A stretch of 64,000 nucleotides of DNA from Eledone cirrhosa (lineage: Eukaryota): positions 81,964,001 to 82,028,000 of the forward strand of contig OZ024742.1 of NCBI GenBank assembly GCA_964016885.1, in the 5' to 3' direction. Position numbers and translations under genes: made by a program. Shown piece after piece: positions 13,500 through 28,984 of this stretch (the first letter of the stretch is position 1; each line of letters opens with the position of its first letter). Under the pieces are notes generated by a model that did not search any database, was not told where the DNA came from, and worked only from the letters and a program-made list of their open reading frames with translations.

Positions 13500-14800
13500 C
13501 GTCATATATCAGAAGTTCAAGCGTTATCAGTGATCTTAATACTGGGAACTCTCCCAGCCTGGGTCTACTTACCGTAAACATGAGATAGGAAATCGCCGAA
13601 CACAGCTGTTTTTTATAAGAATGTATCGCGAAATGCAAACCACCCAAACCAAGGAATCCTCCTTCCTTCAGTTACATATTCATTCACGTTATTCAGTGGT
13701 TGATATAGATTTGCTCCACATTCCGTCTCCATACGTGTGAATCTCTGCAGGCGATCTTAAGAGATACTGAAAATCCTCACTCCTGCCACATGGCCGCGAC
13801 AGAGAAACTATATACCAGTGAAAAGCCGCATATCTCTGTTTCATCGTACTGGTTATAGTCCTCCAAGAAAAGGTTATCTGCAGACATATATCCTATTTAA
13901 ATTCTGCGTGACTTAGAACAGCGGTCTTAAAACAATATTGTTCCTTTGTTAGGGGATTCTGCCGCAATCTCATCTGGCATGAAGCAATTTCCCAAAGTCT
14001 ATATTGTATTTCTAACAACATATCCCTGTATTCTAGATCTGTATGTCGCTATTCCCTTAATAACCTTTAATTTTTTCTGCTTCAATCACACTTTTTGTTA
14101 GATCACCCATTATTCGAAGTTGAGTCTGAGTCTTATATAGATGAATACAGAACAACTATCCATATCCACAGAGAGGTTGCCGGTATAACTGTTAGGTGTG
14201 GTGGGGGGTCTTTGGGCAAAATTCAAGTAAATCTGCTCCGATTCTTCCCACTGTCTGACAATACACGACTGTTAGTGTTTCATACTGCAGATTGTTCTGA
14301 GGTATCTCGTACGTTTTATGGTTTGTTGCCGGTTTTGTATTTTTGTTGGACTCTGACAGTATACACGTGTAGATGACCAGTCTCATGTCTGCGTCCCACT
14401 GAAACTACTCCAGTATGACCTGGTCTTTGAAAAAATTTGATAACATTGATTGAAATTGTTTATTACAAGAATGATGGTACTGGCAATCCAATTAAGTTTG
14501 AACGTGTGGCGTGTAGACAGTATGCCATAATTTGAATTTTTCTTCTCACCGTTAAATGTTGTCTTTGAGTTCCTGTTGTAGTGTTTCCAATAGGTGCTTT
14601 GCCTTTGATGCATGTGGAGTTGTTCCTCTATTTTGTGATGGGGATGGCAGTGACCTGGCTGCCAGATATCTATCAGCAGAGGATGAGGTGTTATTCACCG
14701 CAGTGAATATAATATCTGTATTATTTAATTTATTAGCATGAAACTTGTCATCCATATTCGTGTTATTTCTGCAGAAATATTAAATACACAAATATCGAAC
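13500..14800 (-). pseudogene. Possible highly decayed LINE (ORF1 plus APE remnants)
   Basis: Higher-complexity block with weak ORF1-like and APE-like words and many stops; no diagnostic motif is intact. Confidence 0.25.
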
Positions 14801-15874
14801 GATCATATCCTGACAAACTTCATGCCACGCAGCTCGCAAATAATGTATGGAACCTTAAGAATAACGACACCCCATCAAGTGGAGTATATTAGAAAGAACT
14901 ACAGCCTATGTCAATGGGGGAAAATTTCATCGTTTTACTTTCTCAAAACTAGTTCCAGATAATCACTGCCTTAATAAACGTCTTGATTGTTTAGCCACTC
15001 TCCTCATTAATTATAGTATATTCTAAGTAAATGACTTAGACCTAAAAGACAGGTCTACAAGTATACTTTGATTTACTAAATATTTTGTATACCAATGAAT
15101 TTGGATTCTTTGAGTCAGGTGGAAAAATCATTTTACCCTACGATGAGTGTGGGCGTGCAAGAGTTACCACGATCCTCGTACCTTTCTCGCTCATATTTAA
15201 AAAAAGACCCTTATTTCAAATAATTTATAAATTACCTCCCTTTTTTTAAACACTTAAGTTATATTTCTGAAAGGAACACTCAAACAACATCAGAAGGACA
15301 TCTACATTTTTATTTCTTTATGACAGGCTGAATGAGTTCAGATCCAGAACCAAACGTACCTATTTAAGTACCTATTTCTGTCACCGTTGTGATTACTTTG
15401 AAAACAAAATAGAGTTTTAAAGTGTATATAAAATATATAAATTATAACCGGTTTCTATGTATCAGTGTAAACCATCTTGTCAATTGTTGAATATTATAAT
15501 TAAAAAGAATTGAAAATTGAAAATTTCAAATAAAGTGTTTTGAAAAGATCTTCATCTTTGTTGTTGCAAAAAGAAAGATGAACAGGGAATACACACACGC
15601 ATACAAACACACACATATGTATGTATATATATATATATATGTGTGTGTGAGTGTGTGTGTATGTGTGTGTGTGTGGGGGGGATCATCTATTTAGTTACAT
15701 AAGAAACAACACAATATGATTATTACATTACCGAAGGTTTCAAAGAACTTGTCGATTCTTGCAAGAAACATCTAGCTCGTTCCGCAGACAAAATAATTGC
15801 TTTGTCTGACGAACAAGCTAGATGTATTCGATTCTTTGAAATCATGTGTTATAATTACATTTAACAACACCACC

Positions 15875-16040
15875 AGCTCTCTCTATATATATATTTCTCT
15901 CTCTATCTATCTCTTTCTCTCTCACTCTCTCTCTCTCTTCAATTTTCCTTCGTAGTCTCCTTCTCTCTCTCTCTCTCTCTCGCTTTCTCTATGTCTCTCG
16001 TTCAATCCACTCTCTCTCAACTAATATCTCTTCCTCTCCA
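15875..16040. repeat. Degenerate (CT)n microsatellite
   Basis: Seen directly. Confidence 0.9.
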
Positions 16041-16045
16041 TATAT

Positions 16046-16288
16046 GATGGTACCCGGATAAACGCCGTATCTCGGGAAACCCCTGCTCCGATTTACGCGA
16101 AAAATTGTTTTATTCCATTTGTATTCTCATTTCAGGGGCAACCTCTTTTCAAAGTATTTTCCCATTTTGCGCCCTTTTGGCTGTATTATATTACAGACAA
16201 AAGAAAATCATAGAACTTTAGTAATATATAAATAACAACAATGTATATAATATATTCATATTGTTTTGTGAGAACGCCAGACACTAGT
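16046..16288 (+). mobile_element. Possible Helitron/Helentron-derived non-autonomous fragment
   Basis: TATCTCGGGAAACCCCTGCTCCGATTTACGCGAAA motif and a CACTAGT 3' end; hairpin poor. Confidence 0.3.
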
Positions 16289-19069
16289 GTTTCGGGAGAT
16301 TTTATTTCGACATCAGTGACGTGAAACTGATTCAGGAAGGGGTAATATTATACTATAGCTCATAGACCATTTCCGTAAAAAAGCATGCTGGAGATGAAAA
16401 TCATTCTCTGTTAAGAGATGTTTTTACCGTTACTATATTGGCTAATATCAGCGCTACACTCTTCCATATCATGCTATGTGTTTGCATTTATTTGTATCTG
16501 GTATGTGCATTTATTTGCGGCTGCCTTTTGAAATATGTGATTAAAATATTTTGCTATGATTTTTTCGGTATCGTAGTTTCTAATAATTTTGGAATCATTT
16601 TGAATGTTTTTTCTCCTCTACAAAACTGGTAAATTAATATTGCGAATTTGAAGTAGTTCTTATCGTGGTTATTATTATAATTTTACCTTCCTTTAGAGCA
16701 CCAACAATTTTATTTTCAACTGTCAATATCGAAATGTTCATCATGTGTTAGTAACGCTTTGTAATATGTAAACAAAAGTGTGATTACTTTATATATTCCC
16801 ATATGGTTTTATTCTAGTAGCTTTATTCAAACGGCGATTGATTTCTTTTTCAATTTGCGTATCATGAATGTATGTATATCATGGCATGTTGTTGTGTGAA
16901 TTGCTTCTACGCTTGCAAATATAATTTGCAGAATTTTGAAATATATTGTGTTACTTTTCGGTAGAAACAGAACTCATAACTCACCACTCGGCTAACGACA
17001 AAACCCTAACCTTCTAGAAACAAATTCAAGCCGTATTGTATACTTTTAATCACGATGTACCTGTAATAAGGTAGGAATAATTGTGAAAATCATTTTATTC
17101 TGAAAATAAAACCAGAAGCGTTTTGATGGATTTATGAACATTACTCTTCCAATGAAATTGCAATGATCTAATACAAATAAACTTTGATTAAGTAGTTAAA
17201 ACTGCACCTCATTCATATACATACATGCATGTAGGTGTGTATATTGTTGTGTGTATGAATGTATGTATTTTCGTAGAAGTTTCCTGGGATGTTAGTGCGT
17301 GTATTTGTATATTCCAGCTTGGTACAATGATCATTGTATTTCGTTGCCAAGAAAGGGACATGGGCTCAACCATGAATTGATTAATGTCAGGACACTATGC
17401 ATCACAACTAAACGTTCCAAAGGCATATCCAATGCAACAAGGAACCTTTTACATAGTTACATTATCTACGTTGAATGGTAGCCAAATGTTCTTCAAACTA
17501 CACATACTCTTCTAAAGTATGATTACATTCGGTAATGTAAACGAGGGAATATTATATATTTCTGAATAACTAAGATCCCAGGTGTATTGAATCATCTCTC
17601 ACCTCATGTTAGATAACAACTGCAAGCATTTCGCTCACCATATGTATCATTCAGTTCATATAAAATATGATTCATGTGGATTTTTTCGAATCTTCCTGCA
17701 GAGCAAACATTTTTAGTGTAATCGTCGGTGGCTCCACTCTGTCCCAGAAAAATAAAATGTATATTAAACAACAGCACGATATTAACAGAGAGTGAAAAAA
17801 GGACCCTGAATATGAGAAGCCATTTGCCATTTAGTTTACTGTTTTCAAAATGTATACGGTTATATCTTGATGAAAATAATATTACGATTAAAGTGTTCAA
17901 ATGGAGAAAATATTTAGTGTGATATTTCATTATCCGAATATCTATTTACACCCTATCTGAAAATGTAACAAATTTTCTAGAGATGAATAACGTTGCGTAT
18001 AAAGTAGTAATAATTGTTACAGTGTATTATTTTACACTAAATAGTATCATAATCTAAATAGTATACGGTTATTGAATAATTAATAGAAGTGGCCCGTTCA
18101 AGTGTAAATGTCGCATTGTCTCTCCTCTTATATTGATCTCATGAGATTATATAGATATATTCTTGTACGTGGGTATGTGGGGGGATCTGTGTGTGTCGTC
18201 TTCACTTGAATGCATCTCCCTCAGACGTATATACGTTTCTTAAATAGAGGCCGCATAATGATGTTTCTAATTAGATTACTTTTCGTTTCAGCAATTTTGG
18301 ACCCTTTCGTCGTATCAGCTTATAAATTTCTGTGATCAACTTCCCTTGATAAATAGCAACGCTATAACGAGGGATGCTGCTATATATTAACATCTATTTC
18401 CTGAGAATATTAAAAATCGTATTACATGTCACGTATCATTTGTGAAGTAAGATTATACAATGCCAATGACCCATGATTTAATGATATATTATCGAATGTC
18501 ATCTTCCGACACGCTTCTCGGCATCGGCATCCAAATCATCCTTGGGTATTTCATGATAGGCTGGATAAAGAACAATGCGTATATTACTGACAAATAGATT
18601 AAGCAAGCTGTCTGCATATAATTTGTTTAACAGGCGACAGTAACTTTGATCTTTTAGGCGAAATGATACTGATTATTGTTAATATTAATGTTAATAACCT
18701 TACTAATATTAAATTTATTATTTATAACAGCAACAACAACAGCAAAGGTAGCAGCAACGCCATCGACAACAACAACAACAATAAAACAAATAATGATAAT
18801 AACAATAGTAATAACAATATCAGTAATATAGATATATGTATAATCGCAATCCAATTGGGTTCACCTCAGCAGGCTAAAGTTTTAAGTGATCTTAATTTCG
18901 GATACTCGATAAAATTGCGTATTAAATCATTCAATAGAAGCAGGTCTACAGGCAGAGATTAAATTATATTATGTACTATATGAAACATTGCAGGCAAAAT
19001 CGCACTATGGCATTCACAAACAGAGACACACATGTGTGATTTTTATTTTGCAAGTTTATTGTACGATTA

Positions 19070-20432
<1,363 letters not shown>

Positions 20433-20441
20433 GTATATATG

Positions 20442-20531
<90 letters not shown>

Positions 20532-20691
20532 GTATTAAGGATACTATTTATGGTTATGTATATGCTAAAACTTGTTATAGTTATATATATTTTAAACTCT
20601 AAACAGTGAAAGACAGTAATTTATTATTACCTTATTAGCAGTAAGATAAATAGCTCAATGTAATAATATCAGTTGTTCTACAGAGCAGTTA

Positions 20692-22163
20692 TATAGAAAT
20701 TACATGAATCAAAGTTCTGTCCAAACCATTTATTAGCTTACAATTGTTTCGTCCAAACCGAGGTTTAGTGTCTTCGGAGCAATTATTAAATCATTGTTTA
20801 CATACATGACCTCCTTTCCAACACAAGAGACATACAGAAACATATGTATATATCGATGCACAGTGGGGTGACATCCATTATAATATTTTAGTATGGCAAT
20901 TTACATTCAAAAATTAAAATCATATTAAAAGAAAATTAAAACAAAATTAAAGTTAAAATACAACATCGGCAGTTTACGAAGATAACGCAAGAGGATAGTT
21001 TGAAGTAGTTAGTGTATGCGATAGTTACACGTGGGGCATGCACGTGTGTCTTATATATATAAGATTATTGTGCGACAAGGTGTTATACGCAATACAAGCA
21101 CTTTTAGCCGGCAATCAAGAGTATTATGGGGGTTGTATTGGTAAAGTATTTTTTATGTATGATAAAGAAGCTTGTGTGCAGAGAAATATTAAAAATGAGA
21201 AGCAAAATAATGTTATGGTTTTCGTATACACCACCATTTTCACAATCCAGGAAACGTATTATATGTCCTTCACATAATCAACGATGATTCAGTATTGGAT
21301 GCTTGATGTATTAGTTTAGATTATTACAGCTTGTTGTTCTTTAATCCAATTTTATAGAGCAGGTTGTTTTTGTTGCGAGATTTACATCGTTTTATTTTCC
21401 GGAAGTGTGTGTGTGATTAAGGGGAGTTAATGCATCAGAGGAGGTAACTAGCTGATTTCTATAACTAAATTTATTACTCCAATGTACATTAAACGGTGTC
21501 TGAATTGAGTCCCCAACATATATGGTTATAAACAGTTTCTAAATTTAAGTACCCTATATTTAAACTACAGTCTACTCTATCAAAAAGTACTAAAGTGTCC
21601 ATATTAGGATGATTACCCTCTATCATAGAATGCCACAACTGAATATTCCACATGAAGGGTCAGATCTCCAAATCAATGATCTTTGTAAATGTAGTCTACC
21701 CACAGAACTTGGCAGGGTTTTATTAGAACTACGTCTATATACATCCCCTGGTAAGCTCTGGGTCAGTGCATGTCTGATTGCATGGCAACGTTAAATATCT
21801 CTAGGGTAGATCAGAGAGCAATTCTCACTTACAATGCCATTAATCTGTCCATCAAGTCATACATGTATGTATAATTCATATAACACTTGTACATAATTCA
21901 TTGTACTAATTTTGTTTTAATTTTCTTTTAATATGGTTTTAATTTTTGAATGTAAATTGCCATGATAAAATATTATAATGGATGTCACCCCACTGTGCAT
22001 CGATATATACATATGTTTCTGTATGTCTCTTGTGTTGGAAAGGAGGTCATGCATGTAAACAATCATTGAATAATTGCTCTGAAGACCCCGAACCTCGATT
22101 TGGACGAAACAATTGTAAGCTAATAAATGGTTTGAACAGAACTTTGATTCATGTAATTTCTAT
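20692..22163. mobile_element. PLE-like element with ~260 bp inverted terminal repeats, each carrying a hammerhead
   Basis: 20692-20950 is the reverse complement of 21907-22163; the interior is unrecognisable. Confidence 0.75.
22073..22124 (+). ncRNA. Minimal type I hammerhead (inverted copy at 20732-20783 has core CCGAAGA)
   Basis: ATTGCT CTGAAGA cc-CCGAA-cctcga-TTTGG-ac GAAA CAATTG TA AGCtAAT; palindromic stem III ACAATTGT. Confidence 0.75.
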
Positions 22164-22170
22164 AATTTCT

Positions 22171-22268
<98 letters not shown>

Positions 22269-22929
22269 TTTATGTATGTGTGTGTGCGTGTGTGTATGGG
22301 CATGGGGATGTTTTTTTTCTAGGATCCATTCACTGGCATTTCAATTTCACAAAGGAATGTTTAACCTGATGTTTCGTGGCATCTTTGGGTTTTTCGTACT
22401 ATTCGCGAAAAGATTTATAGTTCTCGACATCCTAGAAAAATAGAAATGAGCAAGATACATTGCTAGAATGACTGAAAACATATGAACTAACGCTTCACTT
22501 TGTGTACCCCATCATGTCAGACACAAGAACGAGGCCACCAGAAGATCATGTGACGCGACGAGTTCGGGAAAATTGAAAAGTCTTGGCCACGAATATTTGA
22601 GGATCGGCAATGGTGGCACAGCTGAAAGAAGACGTAAGTCTGACAACGGAATTACCAAGGCTGAAGGTGATGCATGTGGATAGGCTACGATGGCAAATAT
22701 AATAAACATCTGAAAGATAATATAAGTTTTCTTAACATGTAATTTAACGTTTACAATATTATCCATAAGGTCATTATAATATATAGATATTCGTAACCAA
22801 ACAATAAGAATAATGTAATTGAAACTGCAGTACCGATTGCATTACTGTCACAACCAAGAACACACTTTTAATATTCACATGATAATTGGTCAAAGTTTAC
22901 TGATATTATTAAAGGACCGGATCATAATT

Positions 22930-23175
22930 TCATGGATGTTATCCAAACACCTTGCTCGGGTTTACCGCTGGGCCTCCTGCCGGTTGCCTTTACCCGTAAA
23001 TTATGTCGAGTGACTCTTTCCTGAGTCATTCTAACTACATGCTCATGGTGTCGGAGCTGTGATCTCTCAATTGAGATAAATGGTGGCTCTCCCAGGAGTG
23101 ACTCACTTTATCGAGTAACTTTACTCCAAAGACCCTTCGGATGAATCCCATTTTGGCTGCTTGTATTCGCGACCA
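22930..23175 (-). pseudogene. RTE (Expander/Rex3-like) C-terminal fragment
   Basis: Minus-strand translation across frames: SRIQAAKMGFIRRVFGVKLLDKV...IERSQLR...KATGRRP. Confidence 0.7.
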
Positions 23176-23520
23176 AATACAATAACCTTTTGGAACAATT
23201 TCCTTTTATCATACACAGACTAATATGGATTCATTGCTACACATATTTACCTCAGACGAGAATATGTAGACTGCAACGTCCGCGGGATTCGAATAAGTTC
23301 TGTAGCGGCCGAAAATTTTGGATAGCAATGGAACACACTGTATCGGGCCAATTTGAACAATTGAAATGATATTTCCTTCTTTGAAAATAACCATATATTT
23401 TCTATAAAATAATGGATGAAGTCAGGTTTGTGTGTAGATTATTTGTGTTAAAGTATGGATGTCAACGTGAAGATGGCAGATGCGTTGTGCGATTCACTTA
23501 GGCTGTTCTATGCCCTCCGA

Positions 23521-23769
23521 AATCCAAGGAAACTTTACACGATTTTCTCAATCCAAGGAAACTTTACACGATTTTCTCAAATATGTAAGAATTAACATTC
23601 TTTCTGATCGTTGGTTTACATATAATATTACAAACCTCATACCCCATGCATTAATTTACATACATACACTCACACACACTTACACGTACACACACACACA
23701 CGCACATATACACACTCACGCATATATACACGCACTCGTGCACACACACATGCACACATATATACATTA

Positions 23770-23855
<86 letters not shown>

Positions 23856-24086
23856 GTGTGTGTGTGTGTGTGTGTATGTATATATATATATATGTATGAT
23901 TAACATTCATTCTGATGGTTGGTTTTCATATAATATTACAAGCCTCACGCACCATGCATTAATTTACATACAGACACTCTCACACACACACGTACATACA
24001 CACACATACACACACACGCATATATACTGACACACGTGCACACACACACACATGCACACATAAACATTATATATAATATACATATA

Positions 24087-24120
<34 letters not shown>
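23521..24120. repeat. Local tandem duplications (~29 bp x2; ~300 bp microsatellite-containing unit x2)
   Basis: AATCCAAGGAAACTTTACACGATTTTCTC occurs twice; the ATTAACATTC..TTCTGAT..GTTGGTTT unit starts at ~23591 and ~23898. Confidence 0.85.
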
Positions 24121-24727
24121 TTATTAAAATAACAGATTAAAGTTTAAGCAAAGAATCGCAGCTTTCACCCTTAACGGTATCTTCTGAAACTTACAAAGTC
24201 AATCTATAAACGCAGAAGTGAATATTTCAAAAAACGTTGCAACCGGAGGAAGACAGGCAGACGATATTTTGGTTTTAGGTAAGTTTTCCTGCTTGGTACG
24301 GGTCTGTTCTTTGTAGAAATATTCAGATGTTGTTTCTGCGTGATGAATATAAGTCAATAGAGTGCTCAACCGAGGGAGCCAAATAGTAATAATAATAAAT
24401 TTGAAGACTAAAATCCAAAGAGGGCTCGATAAGGATAAATATATATCAAATATATAAGAACCGTAGATCAAATATTTATTAAAATAACAAATTAAAGTTT
24501 AAGCAACGAATCGCTGCTTTCACCCTTAACGGGATCTTCTCAAACTAACAAAGTCAATCTGTAAACGCAGACGAGAATATTTCAAAAAACGTTGCAACCG
24601 GAGGAAGACAGGAAGACGATACTTTGGTTTTAGGTATGTCTTCATGCTTGGTATGGTTATGTTCTTTGTAGAAATATTCAGATGTTGTTTCTGCATGATG
24701 AATATAAGTCAATAGAGTGCTCAACCG

Positions 24728-24728
<1 letters not shown>
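24121..24728 (-). mobile_element. Non-coding tandem element, 355 nt period x1.7, with two hammerhead-like motifs
   Basis: 24121-24373 is repeated at 24476-24728. Motifs at 24140-24192 and 24495-24547: AAGTTT CAGAAGA t(a/c)CC-gttaa-GGGt GAAA GC...GC TT AAACTT (second copy has GAGAAGA). Confidence 0.75.
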
Positions 24729-25014
<286 letters not shown>

Positions 25015-25304
25015 GTATGATTTTATCATTTATTTTGTCTGACCTGTTTAGCTTGTTTTTTGGCTTAGGTTGTTAATACCTTCTTGACCGCCTTCTCAGT
25101 TTGTATGGCGTTTATAACATGTTTATAGCTCTGGTTTTTTAAACTGTGGAGCGCTTGCCAGCATGGCTCTGAATTCGCGTTACGTTTCGCTTTTTCTACC
25201 CGCCGAAATGCGTTTCTCGATGAATTTATATACTTCATACACTATCCTTAGAATCTGCTGTATAAATATCACCTTCATCGCTTGACCGCTCCCTATATAT
25301 ATAT

Positions 25305-27478
25305 ATAACAAAGGAATTGTGGTAAGGAACTAGATGGACCATAACGCAGCAGAGTACTCAATACGGAGGGAAATAGGAAAAAGTATGACCGCTACGGCAG
25401 AGCTAAAGCCGTTTCGACGGCTATTTCTGGACTAAATTAGAATTTTCAGCCTGGTGAATAAATGGCCGAACTTGTCAAGGGGTTACTTCCTTATATAGGA
25501 AGATTGTAGTTGTCAAGGGGATTGGTTAAAATGTGTTGTAAACACAAATAAGTCTATCATGGCATTTGGTGGGAGGTAGGGGTTGTTGAACTTGCCTGTA
25601 GAACAGTAGGGGAGTGAGTGGAGTGGTCAAGCGTTGAAAGTGATATGTATACAGCAGATTCTAAGGATAGTGTATGAAGTGGAGGAGGGAGGTTATAGAA
25701 TAGGTAAATCGAATGAGAGTTAGGAGTCAATAAAAGATAATAGAAATAAATAAAAATTATATAAAATTAGATAGTGAGAAATGAATAAAGAAAATCACAA
25801 TGCTATTTTACAATTACAGGTTAATAAGTTGAGAATAGAAAAAACTTGTAGAAATTGAGTAGTACCAAAACTGATATAATATTAAAGGGGTTTAACACAT
25901 CTGCTATAAGTAGTTAGTAAAACGTATTCAGCCAATTCTATCTTAAAATTACAGGGGTGGGGGAACTGATGCTACAGAGGCCCGATGGGCTGCATCGGGG
26001 TAGGCGAAAGGGGAAAAGCAGACGAGGAAGAAAATAGGTGGTGGAACGAAGTGATAGGATGAGACAGGGGGAAGAAGACAATGAGGAAAATAAAAGAAAA
26101 GAGATACATCTATCTATGTAAGCTGGGGTTTCCCCTAACTTATTCGGCAAGTATCAGCCATTTTCTACCACCCGGGTCGTTATGGGGTTTGAGGGCGAGT
26201 TAGGTCCTACGCAATCTGTGTTTGCCTGCGGTTACCAGTTCGTCTTACTTGTTTAGGAGTTGGTCCTTCGAAAACAGCATCTGTAATGTTTCCCCCGATC
26301 ATAATTTACACGGACAGCGTCCTCCCGTGTAAGAGTTAGCTCTGGTATTGTAGGTTATATTATTATTTTTGAGGTCCCAGATCTGTCCCGAAAGTATATC
26401 TGTGGTGGTAGAGTCGGATCTTGAAGTCACACGGTTAATTCTATATAAGCTTTGTTGGAGGTGTTCGCCCTCACATTGCACTGGTAGATCACGTTACGTT
26501 CACAACATTTGTTGTTGAGGGGACACGTATATCTATCAGGGCAGTTACACCCCCTGGTCGGCTCTCCACTGATGTCTAGGTTATTTCTTCCATAGGGGTT
26601 GAGTTTTTTGTTGTATGAGGAGACGATGTTTTGTGCGAAGTTAGGTGTGGTAGTGCAGGAGAGTTTGATGGTGTTTTTGTTGGCTATGTTGTTGTACCGG
26701 TGTTTTAGTGGAAAATGTTTTTCGAGGAGTCTAAAGAAGATTTTCCCGATAGGTGTTGCCACCGCGGCATTATGGGGAGGATTGAACCACATTACGTTGC
26801 ATGAGCAGCGGTGTCGCCTGCTGGTTCCGCTAAGGGAAGCTGGATAAAAGGATATTTCATTCGCGGAAGTCACTCCGCTTGAGGGCCTGGTTGTAATGAG
26901 GCGCGTGTTCGTCGAATATCTGCTCATTAGCGGACAAACAAGATATGCGGAGGGAGATCTTTTTAACCAGGTTATTGGTGATGTTTCTAGGATGGTTAGA
27001 GCGTCGGTGGATGTAGTGTAGGTTGTCGTTTGGTTTTCTGTAATTGTAAGATAGCATTGTGAATTTTTTATTCATTTCTCACTATCTAATTTTATACATA
27101 TTTTATTTATTTCTAATATCTTTTATTGTCTCCTACTCTCATTCAGTTTACCTATTCTATAACCTCCCTCCTCCACTTCATACACTATCCTTAGAATATG
27201 CTGTATACATATCACTTTCAATGCTTGACCGCTCCACTCTCTCCCCTATTGTTCTATAGGCAAGTTCAGCTACCCCTACCTCCCACCAAATGCCATCATA
27301 GACTTTTTGTGTTTACAACAAATTTTAACCAATCCTCTTGACAACTACAATCTTCCCATATAAGGAAGTATCCCCTTGACAAGTTCGACTATTTATTCAC
27401 CAGGCTAAAATTATAATTTAGTCCAGAAATAGCCGTCGAAACGGGTTGAGTTCTGCCTTCGGGGTCATACCTTTTCCT
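25305..27478 (-). mobile_element. 5'-truncated Penelope-like element (Naiad-type) with inverted pLTR
   Basis: RT thumb YRKPN..YIH..SNHP, WFNPP, CNCPDRYTCPLNNKC (CxCx5Cx5C linker), GIY-YIG NVIY...AYI. 27047-27478 is an inverted copy of ~25375-25810. (TA)n flanks. Confidence 0.92.
25381..25488 (-). ncRNA. Type I hammerhead with U3-A8 covariant core
   Basis: AAGTA-ACCCC TTGACAA [CGGCCATTT...AAATAGCCG] GAAA CGGC-tttagctct-GCCG TA GcGGT-ca-TACTT; sister copy at 27366-27470 (+). Confidence 0.75.
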
Positions 27479-28984
27479 ATATATATATAGAGATATATAT
27501 ATATATATGTGCCTGTGAGGGTAGGGGGATGTAATTTATTACTATTCAGTTTATAACTACTTGCATTTAAACCTGCTTCAATGCGATATTTTCTGTGGAT
27601 TCATTTCTGAAATGGATACTAAATTTAATTAAATATATAATCAAAGTGTGTATATATTAATGAGACCATATAGAGATAATATGTTTCTTGAAAATCCATT
27701 AGTCCCACTAATTTGATACACTAGATATTTCACGTAATCATAAAACAGCATGTATATGATCAGTGTTTCAATCGCTCAAAGAAAATCATTCTCAACTTAG
27801 CGTCTATAATCCTATTCCCATTAGATTTGGAAAATTGATATTTAATTACTCTTACCATTCATTTCTATATTTAAAATATATTCATTTAATCCCACAGAGA
27901 AAATCTAGTCAATAAAACTTGGCTTAGAAGATTATTATGCTTTATCTGTAAAATAAGTACAAGAACACAATATTACTGTTGGAGAACGAATCGCTTGCAT
28001 GGAAAATTATATGCGATATTAGTTATTACAAGTTCCACATATCACAATAACATATGTCAATATGCTTAAGCTCCTTATCATATGATCATCTGAAATGTTA
28101 AACACCGAATTATGTAATCTTTTAATGCAGTATTTATCGGAGATATCACATTAGAACTGATTAGCTATTGTAGTAATTCTCTTAACTAATTCCTTCGGAA
28201 TACTTTAATTCAAAATATTGTTTCATTACATGTGCGGTGTTCAACTTTAAGGAATTATACTAGATACCAGAGTGTGAGGGATTATACAGCATATAATCTT
28301 GTGTAGAAATATATAGAGTGTAGGGTTTAAAGTATTACTACATGGCTACAGCATTGCAAATGCAACAATACATTTTCGAAGGAGCGATCAACAGCGGAGT
28401 CGCGCATACCTACTTCACAGGATATGTGGATGACTTTCTCAAACTTACCTTGAAAAGAGAAGTTATCAAGCATTGATGATAAGACACCGACTACCAGTGA
28501 ACACTCTGATCCCCAAACAGGAGGAAACCTTCAACTGCTGAACTTCCAACAAGGAAAGAAGGAAGTGACAAAATGTTAGCCCCAATCAAAGACTTCTTTG
28601 TGTTTTATATATTAGACATTCCCCACAGGGCTAATGCGATGTAGGTACTGTATGAACTCACAGTTATCCGGCATAAATGAAACAAGGCGAAAGGTCGAGC
28701 TATACATACAACTCATTTAATATACATGCTAAACACCGACAGATATACAGCACCCAGTGACCCTTCCAATACCTATTTCGCGACTTTGCAGCATTCAATG
28801 ACAGGGCACCTTGACTATCCGCCGAGCTGTCCAAATGGGGGATTGGAATACTATTTTATCCACTCTGGACATTCACTGAGGAAATGATTTGAAAAAGAAA
28901 CAGCTTTAAATCGTCAAAAATTAATACGCATTGGGGAACAAAACAATCCGCTTTGTACTCATTTTCTGAAATTATTATTTGGTT

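Noticed and set aside
17600-17740. Exon-like segment on the minus strand (acceptor, ...NVCSAG...CSC..., GTGAG donors)
   Set aside because: Stops occur in all frames before the distal donor, no domain is recognisable and there are no partner exons; RNA-seq would be needed.
28400-28560. GYVDDF motif suggesting an RT fragment
   Set aside because: The motif is isolated, with no flanking RT motifs.
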